From Cyanidioschyzon merolae (taxonomy: Eukaryota): a DNA stretch of 64,000 bases. Under the pieces are notes generated by a model. It was given only the letters and a program-made list of their open reading frames with translations. It made no database searches and had not been told where the DNA came from. The position numbers were made by a program, and so were the translations under genes. Within the stretch, counting starts at the first letter, position 1; the number at the start of each line of letters is the position of its first letter. Shown here in pieces: positions 45,237-54,833 of this stretch. The DNA is taken from assembly GCA_000091205.1 (NCBI GenBank), contig AP006501.2. One strand, 5' to 3'.

Positions 45237-45917
45237 ATGGCATCAGCACCGAAGAGGCTGCGGGGCCGTCAGGGGCCGCTGCCAGCGCGCTCACCACAAG
45301 CACTCGACGATCACGCCCGCAAACTGCTGGTCAGCAAGTTAAAAGAGGTTATTCGGACGGATGACTCGGAGCATGCGGTTGCGAGTCCTTCTCCGCGACC
45401 GCCAGCACATGCCGCGAAGGACGCGCTCTCCCTAGACGCACAGACGGAGGCGCTCCAGGCGCGTTGGAAACGGACTCGAAGGCTCGCACGACAGCAGCTT
45501 GGGTACCGCCGCTTGCCTGATCCATCAGAGGACGTTGAGCTGGAACTGAGTTTACTGCGCACTGCTACTCGAGGCACTGTCCAGCTTTTTAACCTGATAC
45601 AAGAGCGAAGAGCCGCTCAGGCCAAAGCATCGGATGTTCGAGCACGCGCAGAACGCTCTCGTCTCCTCGAGGCCCGGTCACGCAGCTTCCAGGCTTCACT
45701 GAGCATCCCGTCGTTGTCGTTGTCGTCGTCGTCGAACCTTGGTCAACCTGATACTTCATACGGCTGGCAGGCCTTCTCCGAGCACTTTTTACTGCCTGAG
45801 ACGACCGACGATAGACGAGACAGCGAAGCGAGTTCTCTTTCGACAACTGCGGCAGCGCAAGAGACGCCTTTTGATGCAGCTTCCGCCTCGGAGGGAGATA
45901 TGTCGGCTTCCGAATGA
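45237..45917 (+). CDS. RRP15-like pre-rRNA processing protein
   Basis: LRTATRGTVQLFNLIQERR matches the RRP15 LQRIATRGVVQLFNAVQKHQ. The C-terminal GWQAFSEHFLLP matches GWTILRDDFMMG. The tail is acidic and Ser-rich. Confidence 0.7.
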   Translation: MASAPKRLRGRQGPLPARSPQALDDHARKLLVSKLKEVIRTDDSEHAVASPSPRPPAHAAKDALSLDAQTEALQARWKRTRRLARQQLGYRRLPDPSEDVELELSLLRTATRGTVQLFNLIQERRAAQAKASDVRARAERSRLLEARSRSFQASLSIPSLSLSSSSNLGQPDTSYGWQAFSEHFLLPETTDDRRDSEASSLSTTAAAQETPFDAASASEGDMSASE

Positions 45918-47884
45918 GGTTCGGGTAGCGACCAGAGTCTTTGCAAGGCCTCGGATGCGAGATAGGATTCTGGGACGCACCGCATACCATCGAAAGCTGC
46001 TCTTTGCTCAGAGCGAGGTTTGGAGGCATGTTGCGGCCTCGTGTCTTGTATGTTAGTAGGCGTGTGGGCTTGCATGTGTTTGTATGGGCACATCCGCATG
46101 TACATGTGTGGATGTGCAATGAACACGTACTTTCATGCTCGGACCGTGGACGAGAGCCACAGTAGCAAACGCTTTCACCGAGACGCGCTAAATGGTCCAT
46201 TGATCGCGAGGGTTCTCTATGACCCAAGCAGGCGACTGCGCTAAGGATCACTGGAGGCCACATCTCGGAACATTGCCAAGGTTCGGATTCTTGATGGGAG
46301 CCCGTCGTGGCGTAGCGCCAGAGATCCCCGTGTGCATACATGGAAAGCGATGTTCACCAAACAGCAAACATTCGCTCCTGTGCAGACGTTTCGGCATTCC
46401 CCCGGTTCCGGTTTCGTCAATCGGATGGGACTAGAAACTCGAGCTAGTGAGCAGAACCGCGGACGCCGAGCTCATTGCGGGTTTCGTCCGGGGATCGAAT
46501 GACGTTTCTTTCGCTGGTTAAGCGTCGAATCTAGGGATCGTGGTATCGTCTGCGGGACGATGCAGCTCAGGTTGCACAAACGATGATGCGTTTCAGAGAG
46601 CATAAACGAAAGGACCCGAAGATCAGGGAATGCTTCCGCCCTGTCGTCCGTGGTGCTGCTGGCGCTGCCACTATTCGCGCCGCACTCGGGACAACACGTG
46701 CCGAACACCAGCGATATCATTTCTCTGAACGAGCTTGCTGTGCAGAAGAAACTGCCTCCAGGCCATTTACACCATCGTCTCGTGCTAAATGCCCGTGCTA
46801 GGGCGTTCCTGCAACACCGGATAGCGAAATACCTTTTCGACTCCGGAACAAGCGGCATGCATGACGTTGTCGTGGAGCCTAGCTATTGAACTTTTGACCC
46901 TTTCTGGCATCAGATATGACTTTAGCATGCGCGAGACGTACGGTTACGACGACGGTTCCTCGCTTTGCATGGCGTGGTGATTCTCAAGAGTGCACCTGCA
47001 CAGTCTGGAAGGCCGCGGTTTCCACCAGCGCATGAGAACACCATCCATACGGGGTTGCAGAGGACGCAGCGCAGCACTGGACTGCAACTCTCAAGTCATT
47101 GATCTGGGCAGCTGACGCCACGCTTTGCCTCACGAATATGCTTGTCAATGAAGGCAGGGGCGCACCTGATTTCTAGGTTGAAAGCATCCGCTTCATAGAT
47201 GAAGGATCGTCGATGCTAGTGTGAGGCGCGTGCGCAAACCTCCCGCACCAGCTGCGAGAAGTTCATTACCATCATTATTAGCAACGAATGGAGCGCGAGA
47301 CTTGCGCTCACGAAAGCACCACGACCGCGAAACCTATTGTCAGACGGGTACCTCGCCGGGCCCTAACGCCAACGATGGACAAGAGCGGGCCGTATCGTCA
47401 AGATAGGACCAACCACAAAAATATCAGATTGAAATGGAGGCCTGAACTGATCGCTCTGTTCCTGCCTTGAGATTGTTCGGAAATTGGTTTCAGATGTACA
47501 GCTTCTCTATTGGAGCTGCAGCAGTCAATGCTTTTGGATTCATAGATCGTTTGAGGCGTCAAGGTCGTGTTTTCCTACCGGCTGCATCCCTTGTCTGCCG
47601 CTGGAATTCGTGCCATCGCCAGATTCGAAATATGTGTCACACCCTATATCAAAATTTCGAATAGTAACTGATACAAAGATCTCATTCATTCGTAAAAGCT
47701 TCCACGCTGTAACTTTTTCTCTGCGTGGCATGCTCGAATCACGCGCGCTTCATACTGTCGACATTTCTGTTTCAGCGGAAGTTGTAGACACAGTCATTCG
47801 CGCTGCTGAAATGACGAGGATGCGGGTAACTTGATGACGTCCATTGACGACCTGTTCACTTGCTCATACGGAAAGTTCACTGAA

Positions 47885-48222
47885 CTTGTCACATGAAATC
47901 ATCGATTCCGTTCAAAACACAAATCCATCACGCTTCGTGGTCATCGACGAAACGACACTGGACTCCCAGAGGGTACCTGTCAGGGCATGTGCTCGCAGGG
48001 GCTCCTGTCTCTTGGAGTCGCACGGAAAGAGGTCTTGGAGTCGGAGTTTGGTTATCAAGGTGATTGCCTCCTGTGGAGATGGCATCGCCGTTTTGGATGA
48101 AGAACGCGTAGGATGACTGAACGTTCTCAACGCGATCTCCAGTCTGGATCCTCGTTCCGGTATGTGTTCGATCATGGACAACATCACATTCCACAAATTC
48201 TGCTATTGATCCGATACCTGCA
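47885..48222 (-). repeat. Dispersed ~300-bp repeat family, copy F4 (only copy in minus orientation)
   Basis: The reverse complement reads GCAGAATTTGTGGAATGTGATGTTGTCCATGATCGAACACATACCGGAACGAGGATCCAGACTGGAG ... GCGATGCCATCTCCACAGGAGGCAATCACCTTGATAACCAAACTCCGACTCCAAGACC. Confidence 0.6.
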
Positions 48223-49241
48223 GCGAACAAATCAGGCGTCATCAGATGCACTTTATCTCATACCGCATGGTAGAACCCCACCTACAACGTCATCAGGACC
48301 GTGTGAGGTGAAGCACACTGCGGGCTACCCAGTGGACGAGCGTGCGCTCACGCCTGCAACAGAACTTGTACGCTCCGAGGCTCTCGCCCAGAGGAAGCCA
48401 GCGATCATAGGATACAGCATGCGGAGCGTTTAACGGAACTAGAAATCGACGAGAGCCAGCGATACCCGTCCCTGGCAGCTAACGAGCGATGAAGCAAATG
48501 TGCAAGCGCAAGACCAAGGCGCGCAGAGGAACCGGTACGGTAGACGAACGAGAATACCTGACCATAGCCATGTGTCACCGCTGGCGGAGACGTCCCGAGC
48601 CTCAACACAATCAGTAGGGAACTGACGAGCAACGCACTACATCGCGACGACCCCCCTGTGCATAAAATGCGTAGAAAAGAGCTGGAAGCGTCTATATCAG
48701 CACCTCAGCGCTGCCATCAACATCCATCAACTGCTGAGTACGGCACCAGAGGTAAATGAGAGACCAGCGTATTCAAACCCGGAGATAGGAGAGACGAAAA
48801 ACAAAGCAGTCGCAGAAAAAGCCAACATATGTTGGTGTTGGTAACAGAAAAGACAGACCGAACCGTATCAAGTCTACATCCGAGTCAGAAGACCCGTTCC
48901 ACTTTATGCGGAAAGAGGTGCGGCGTCATCCAGAAGTGTGCGCGGAGCTTTCAGCTTCCGTAAAGGCACGTCAGCAAACTCGACAGTTGCATACCAGCGG
49001 CGATAACCGAACCACAGAATGCAAAACATACCCAAGACGACCAGAGCAAGGAGAAACAAACGCTCTTTTGTCGCACAAACTCTCGAGTTTAACCGAACCC
49101 GCGTTCGCTCTGGAGCAGTCGGAAGCCCCGTGGTGTTCAGTCTAGTGCGCCCAGCGGAGCGGAGGCGGCTCCCTACAGACCACCGGTGCGACCGCATCGA
49201 CCAGGGTCGCCAGCGACGCTCCAAAACTGACCACGAGTCGC

Positions 49242-52200
49242 CTAACACGGGCCCGCGCTGAACCGACGAGGGTACCATACCAGACACGCACCGTCCGAAA
49301 ACGTTGCCCAGTGGGATTCAGCACCAGAAAAGACCAGGTGGCCGTTTGGGTAGCGAGAGAGCACCACACCAGCAGTCAACACTTGTGGCTGATAGAAACA
49401 GGGTACGTATCCCTGCGGCCACGGATAGCAGCAGCTGCAGCTGCAGCAAGAGGTGCAGGAGCAGTTGCTGCTGTCCCGAGCGTCAGCACCAGTGCTGAAA
49501 CGAGCTGGAATAGCGGCTTGAGGCGAACGAGCACCGCCTTCGACCTGCTCCCTTGGCGCCGGAGACGTGGTTCGGTGGTCCACCGTCACGAGACCCGAGG
49601 CACCGAAATAGACTCGCACCCGGGAACAACAACCTATCAACTGAACATGGTTGGAAGCGTTCGGTCGCCACAGTTCCACATGTTGACCCGGACGAAACGG
49701 GATCGACATCGGGGTATCCGGATACATACCCGAAAGCAGGAGTGTTCCATCGCCAGCGATCTCCGTTAACACCAGTGGACGGCTCCAGGGATCCAGACGA
49801 AACGTATCAACGCCGGAGAGTGTGCATTGTGCAACGCGTTCGGGTCGCCATTCACTCGCCCAAGTGCTGGACGCATCCCTGCGACTTGTCCATGCCTCCA
49901 GCACAAAGCTGCGCGGACGTTCGATCACGAGCAGCACCGTCCCCGGTACCAGGGAAGTGCCGAGGCGCAGACGCTGCCCAACACGGGGAAGCCGCCCGAT
50001 CGATGAAGTGGTATCCCCGCCGACCGTTTCAAGCGGATAGGCCTGTAGCCACACGTCACCCGCTTCCAAACGTGCCGTCGCGAGATAGACGCTTTCATTC
50101 GTATCCTGCAGCGCAATGAGACGGTCGCCTAAAGCGCGTAGCACCTCGCCGCGCACAGACGCCGGGAACGCCTCAGACGGTGTCACTGGAGGGATACAGA
50201 GGTCCACGAAGGCGTTCGATAGCACTCCTCGCGCGTCGTGAATAACGCGGGGTCTCAGTGAATCGGGTACCAAGGCCACAGGTCGTCCATCCAAAAGCGT
50301 CCATATGGAGTCTGTACATGCATCGTACTCGAGTGCGGTGATGGGTCGCTCCCCCGCCTTGCAGTGCGTTCGTAAACCGTTCAGTGCACACTCGACGAGA
50401 CCCCAGTGCACGATGCCGTCGGTGTCGAGCCACAACAACGACAAGCGCGCGAGATGACGCCCGCTTTGCAGGAGTGCGCTGCTGGTTGCTTCATTACCCT
50501 CTTGATGCTGCCTGCTTCCAGATGAGCCGACATCTGGGGCAGTGCTGCAAGCGCACTCGCTCCAGTGCACGTGATGATGCTCGCTGTTGCTTTCGTAATC
50601 CAGATCGTCGATGCGGTCATCCTGGGTATGCGTACAGAAACGCCAAGCGCACTCGCCTCGTTGCTCAGTGCCATCATCTGTGCTGATTCTGATGTCTATG
50701 TCGTTTCTCCGAATGCAGTCGCAGCACCTGATGCCCGTCGGGGTACGCATCACAGCCTGGCAGTCTACGAGCCGAACTGGGTGCGAATTCGGAAACAGCA
50801 CCGGCCACAGGGTCAGTGCAGATGCCTGGCCACCCAGACTACAGTGTTCGCTCGTGACGCCCAGCCAGAGCTGACCATCTACCAGCAGAAGCAAGAGCGG
50901 CGTCATCGCCTCATTTGGAGGTTCCACTGACCTGGGATCCACCATCGATATCGTTGGTGATACGGAGGCGTCGCCGTCTCCGCCAGGGGTAGTGCAAGCT
51001 GCCGTCGCGGGTGTCGCTGGGCACGGACGCAACTGGATTTCCGTGAACCCAAAAGGAAAACAGCACTCACCGTTCACTACCAACGCACCGTTTCCCAGGC
51101 CAAGCAGTTCAAGTGATAAAGTCGGGTTCAGTGTGCGTCGCAGAGCGCTTCGCACTGGCGCCGCACGGAGCAGAGCTTCGCCGGCGCCCGCTTCCTGACT
51201 CGATGCTTGGCCAGAGAACAAGTCTGCGGTAACTGGCGGTGCGACGGAGAGTTCCGAGAACCCAGCCCATTTGAGCGCAAACACCAACCATCCGTCGTGT
51301 AACCAACGGGAGACTTTCAAAAAACGAAAATCCAAGGTAATTGTCGCCACTGGTGCATCGAGCTCGACACTCAGGTAGGGATACCAGAGGGGAGCGCAGG
51401 ATCCACTGCGCATCCACAGGCAGAGTCGATGTCCCTGACCCAAAACAAAGAGACGTGCATCGTCGGTTGCGAAGGCGTCGTTCGTCAAGTCGCTCTGGTG
51501 GATGCACAGACGCGTCCATCGATTCTTCTGCCACTGCAAGAGCACAAACTGCTTGGTGCACACCTGGATTGCCTCTCCCCAGGAAAGCCACTGATGAAGC
51601 GCCACGGTGCTATCCGTGCTGCAGAAGGCAGCACTCCAGTCTGGCTCGCTACCGGACGAGCCAGCTTCCCATCGGTGATGCAGCACCAGCACGCGGGTCC
51701 ACCGATTTGGCCATTCGCTCGACAAGAGCGCAACCAGTAGCGCTTCGTTTTCGAGGGCAAAGAGGCGCGTTGGTCGCCCTTGTTGCTCCAGCGCTTCGGT
51801 TGAGAGCGCGTGATGCATTACAAACCCGTATTGGAGACGTTCTAGAAAAGCGCCACGCTCAACAGACCAGCGCGCTCGGACGTATGCTGCCGATGCCGCA
51901 GTCAGCGGACTCGGACTCGACGCTGGGTGACGTTCAGCAGCGACGCTTGTAACCACTGCTGCCGTAATCGTTTCGGATGCTTCATCCCATTGCGTCTCTG
52001 CGGCCACAACCGCTGGGTCGTGTGTTAGGGGGTACGTCCGCGGTGTCAGAGCCGACACGCGCCCGTCGGACTCTGTTGCGGCCCGCAGAAGCCGTCCGAA
52101 AGTTGTCCACACGAGTTGCTCATTGATGAATCCGAGCGGCTCCTCCAGCGGACGGAGCTGTTTCAGCCAGCTGGTCGCCAGCAGGTACCAGGAGGCTTCG

Positions 52201-53774
52201 GTCGACGTCGCCGCTGGGAATGAAGCCCATGAAGCGGGATGACCGTCCGATTGAGCGGCTAGTCGCAGCAATCGACCATCCGCATACAGTACGCAAAGTC
52301 GCGTGTTCTCTTGTTGTTGTTTTTGCTGTGGATCTCGATAACGGAGGGAATCCACGCAACCATCGAGCGGCACCAGCGAAAGCTCTTGAGGTGCACCAGC
52401 TTTGCGCTGAAACCAACGGAGCGTCACCAGCGCACTGCTTTCAGCGTCGTTTTCAAGGCGAGTTGGCATCTCGAGTCGACAGTCGCCGAGACTCCAGTAC
52501 AAGCGCCCCGCACAATGCAACACATCGTCCATGGAGAGGTCTGGGCAGTGCCCCTGGTACGGTCGACGCTCGTAGCGAGAGAGCACCAACCAGGGGAGGT
52601 CCTCGGGTAGCCTCAGATCCGCGAAAGTCGACTGCAGCGCTACCCATGTGGGTAACGACCGAAGAAACTGCACCCGCACGTCCAGTGCTCTGCGCAAGTC
52701 GCTCGCTGCTCCTGCTGCAGCTTCTGGTTTCCGCAGCCGCCAACAGAGTATGCCGACAACGCGATCGTAGATCACTAGTCCCGTCTTTAGGCGGCACGAC
52801 TTGCGCTCCTCATGTCGACATCCGGAACAGGGGCATTGCAACACCAGACAAGCACGAGGCAAGGGCCAGTTTAGTTGACTGGCCCACGGCCAAGCCTGGA
52901 CCAATTCCTCATTCTGCTCTAGCGTAGCATCTTCGAAAGCAAAGGGCGCCGATGCGGCTCTACTGCGGAGCGACAGCACTGCAGGCGGCTGTCCAGACAC
53001 TGCGACGAGCACCTGATGAACGTAGACAACACCGCAAGGACCTGGGCGTGGGTCCGCCGCGCGATTGCAGTCGCTCAATTCTGGGCGCGTGGTCGTCGTA
53101 TCCGAATAGGTCACCGTAGACACCACGCTCTCGTCTGAAAGCAGAGGCATGAAAGCCGCCCCAAGTTGCTTGCTCAAGTCAACGGGATTGTGGTCGGCAC
53201 TGCCAGTCTCAGTTGATGTGAGCGTCAGCGTGCGAGCGTGGAGCGTCAGTGGACTGGTCGGTGCGGTCTGCGTCCAGTAGAGTTCCACAGCTTTGAGCGC
53301 ATGTGCTGCGCAAGGTCCGTGATCACCGGCGCACACCAGCACCAGGGCATCATGAGTGCGGCCACGAGCACGAAACGCCCCGCGAATGCACTCGCAACGC
53401 TCAAATCCAAGCGCTTTCTTCACATGAAGCCGCTGCAAAAGTTCCCCATCAGCGACGCGGAACACTGCGAGCTCTCTCGCTCGGTACGCAATCGCAACGG
53501 GTACGCTCGTACTGGACGCCGCAGCTTCCGCTAAACCGGGTTCAGCGGCAATGTTTGAAACGCGAACCAGGTTACCCCGGACAACGCCAAGCCAGCGCTT
53601 TGAGCGTTCCGTCCAGTGCCAGCCGAGCGTATCAGGTGGCATCCTCGACACGCACCTGCAGCATCCGCGGGTGCGCTGCAGGAGGCGCTGTCCACGCACC
53701 TGGGCAGCAGGCTCCCGTGAATGCGCCGGCCGCAGCGACACGAAAATGAACGTTGCGAGGACAAGGCTCCACAC
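49242..53774 (-). CDS. Large (1510 aa) conserved-looking hypothetical protein, possibly a beta-propeller/alpha-solenoid scaffold; family not recognised
   Basis: A single uninterrupted 4.5-kb ORF in a GC-rich genome is far too long to be spurious. It is Trp/Gly/Asp-rich with repeated motif-like blocks. No catalytic motifs were recognised by eye. Confidence 0.6.
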   Translation of the reverse strand: MWSLVLATFIFVSLRPAHSREPAAQVRGQRLLQRTRGCCRCVSRMPPDTLGWHWTERSKRWLGVVRGNLVRVSNIAAEPGLAEAAASSTSVPVAIAYRARELAVFRVADGELLQRLHVKKALGFERCECIRGAFRARGRTHDALVLVCAGDHGPCAAHALKAVELYWTQTAPTSPLTLHARTLTLTSTETGSADHNPVDLSKQLGAAFMPLLSDESVVSTVTYSDTTTTRPELSDCNRAADPRPGPCGVVYVHQVLVAVSGQPPAVLSLRSRAASAPFAFEDATLEQNEELVQAWPWASQLNWPLPRACLVLQCPCSGCRHEERKSCRLKTGLVIYDRVVGILCWRLRKPEAAAGAASDLRRALDVRVQFLRSLPTWVALQSTFADLRLPEDLPWLVLSRYERRPYQGHCPDLSMDDVLHCAGRLYWSLGDCRLEMPTRLENDAESSALVTLRWFQRKAGAPQELSLVPLDGCVDSLRYRDPQQKQQQENTRLCVLYADGRLLRLAAQSDGHPASWASFPAATSTEASWYLLATSWLKQLRPLEEPLGFINEQLVWTTFGRLLRAATESDGRVSALTPRTYPLTHDPAVVAAETQWDEASETITAAVVTSVAAERHPASSPSPLTAASAAYVRARWSVERGAFLERLQYGFVMHHALSTEALEQQGRPTRLFALENEALLVALLSSEWPNRWTRVLVLHHRWEAGSSGSEPDWSAAFCSTDSTVALHQWLSWGEAIQVCTKQFVLLQWQKNRWTRLCIHQSDLTNDAFATDDARLFVLGQGHRLCLWMRSGSCAPLWYPYLSVELDAPVATITLDFRFLKVSRWLHDGWLVFALKWAGFSELSVAPPVTADLFSGQASSQEAGAGEALLRAAPVRSALRRTLNPTLSLELLGLGNGALVVNGECCFPFGFTEIQLRPCPATPATAACTTPGGDGDASVSPTISMVDPRSVEPPNEAMTPLLLLLVDGQLWLGVTSEHCSLGGQASALTLWPVLFPNSHPVRLVDCQAVMRTPTGIRCCDCIRRNDIDIRISTDDGTEQRGECAWRFCTHTQDDRIDDLDYESNSEHHHVHWSECACSTAPDVGSSGSRQHQEGNEATSSALLQSGRHLARLSLLWLDTDGIVHWGLVECALNGLRTHCKAGERPITALEYDACTDSIWTLLDGRPVALVPDSLRPRVIHDARGVLSNAFVDLCIPPVTPSEAFPASVRGEVLRALGDRLIALQDTNESVYLATARLEAGDVWLQAYPLETVGGDTTSSIGRLPRVGQRLRLGTSLVPGTVLLVIERPRSFVLEAWTSRRDASSTWASEWRPERVAQCTLSGVDTFRLDPWSRPLVLTEIAGDGTLLLSGMYPDTPMSIPFRPGQHVELWRPNASNHVQLIGCCSRVRVYFGASGLVTVDHRTTSPAPREQVEGGARSPQAAIPARFSTGADARDSSNCSCTSCCSCSCCYPWPQGYVPCFYQPQVLTAGVVLSRYPNGHLVFSGAESHWATFSDGACLVWYPRRFSAGPC

Positions 53775-54133
53775 ACACGCTACAGTGCTACCGCGAATGC
53801 ACTCGGTACTTCGCGCGAAATAGCGGCTTTGGCGTGTGTCGTACCTGCGAGGCAGGTTTCCGCTCTCTGGAAAGCGTCAGGAAGCGCAGGATACCGGGCA
53901 TCGATCTGCCGAGGAAAGCGTGCCAAGCCGTGGCAACTGTGATGTTCATATATAGCTCACGATGTCAATTTTCGTTCCTAAATGGGTTCCTGTCATCGAG
54001 CACTGCTCAATGGCACGACTGGGCTGTCGGCAGCCGCGCTTCCTGCGCGATCAGGTCGAGTCGTGTGAGGCATTATGATCTTGTACAAGTTGTACAGGGA
54101 ACCGTTACATGTGTCTCTATAGTCGGCCCGCTA

Positions 54134-54346
54134 GTCTGCCTGAACTGGTAAACGAGTATCATACCAGTGCACTGCTCCAACCCGGATATTTCTTTTCATC
54201 CAAAGTCTGCCTGAACTGGTAAACTAGTATCATACCAGTGCACTGCTCCAACCCGGATATTTCTTTTCATCCAAAGTCTGCCTGAACTGGTAAACGAGTA
54301 TCATACCAGTGCACTGCTCCAACCCGTATATTTCTTTTCATCCAAA
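54134..54346. repeat. 71-bp tandem repeat x3 overlapping the 3' end of TnpB-like fragment B. Each unit contains the inverted repeat CTGGTA-N11-TACCAG.
   Basis: GTCTGCCTGAACTGGTAAAC(G/T)AGTATCATACCAGTGCACTGCTCCAACCCGGATATTTCTTTTCATCCAAA occurs three times. Confidence 0.9.
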
Positions 54347-54833
54347 GTCTGCCGCCATCCATGAAAATACCCACACTGCGCACGAAATGATTCTCAGGAA
54401 ACTTTGCTAGGCATACAACCGATAGGCGGTTCGGGAGCACAAAAGATTTCGGGATATTAATCGAGGTGTTCACGTCTTGGTGCAGAGCGTGCTTGCACGA
54501 CTGATTGCTGGTGGATCCATGCCAGAAGACGCCGCACACACATTCCATTGCCTCGCCATCTGACGCTCGATCAGCGTGCCGTCTACAACGTCCAGCGACG
54601 GGCTCTGTTTTCCGCTCTTCTTCTCTGTCTGTTTCATCGTGCATTCGCGCTTGTGATGCGTTTATGTCGTCCTGAGCGCTTCGGTGGGAATCGATCAGTA
54701 CGGATCCCTGCATTTGTTGTGTGCTCTCGTCGAAGGAGTAGAAGTGCAGCCTTTGCACGCGCGATCGCAATTCCAGTGCCATAGACTGACATGAAACGAC
54801 GCGACCTGTAGGTCGTTTAAGTCTACAACGCAT
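54267..54833 (-). pseudogene. Fragment resembling the TnpB/Fanzor-type nuclease C-terminus (zinc ribbon plus RuvC-III-like motif), copy B; probably a truncated relic
   Basis: RRHADRASDGEAMECVCGVFWHGSTSNQSCKHALHQDVNTSINIPKSF compares with ISDra2-type TnpB ...TCSECG...W.CACGAHHDRDVNAAKNI. An in-frame stop lies 42 codons upstream of the Met (no stop between it and the ATG), so at most ~230 aa versus >=400 for TnpB. The C-terminal codons are part of a 71-bp x3 tandem duplication. Confidence 0.4.
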
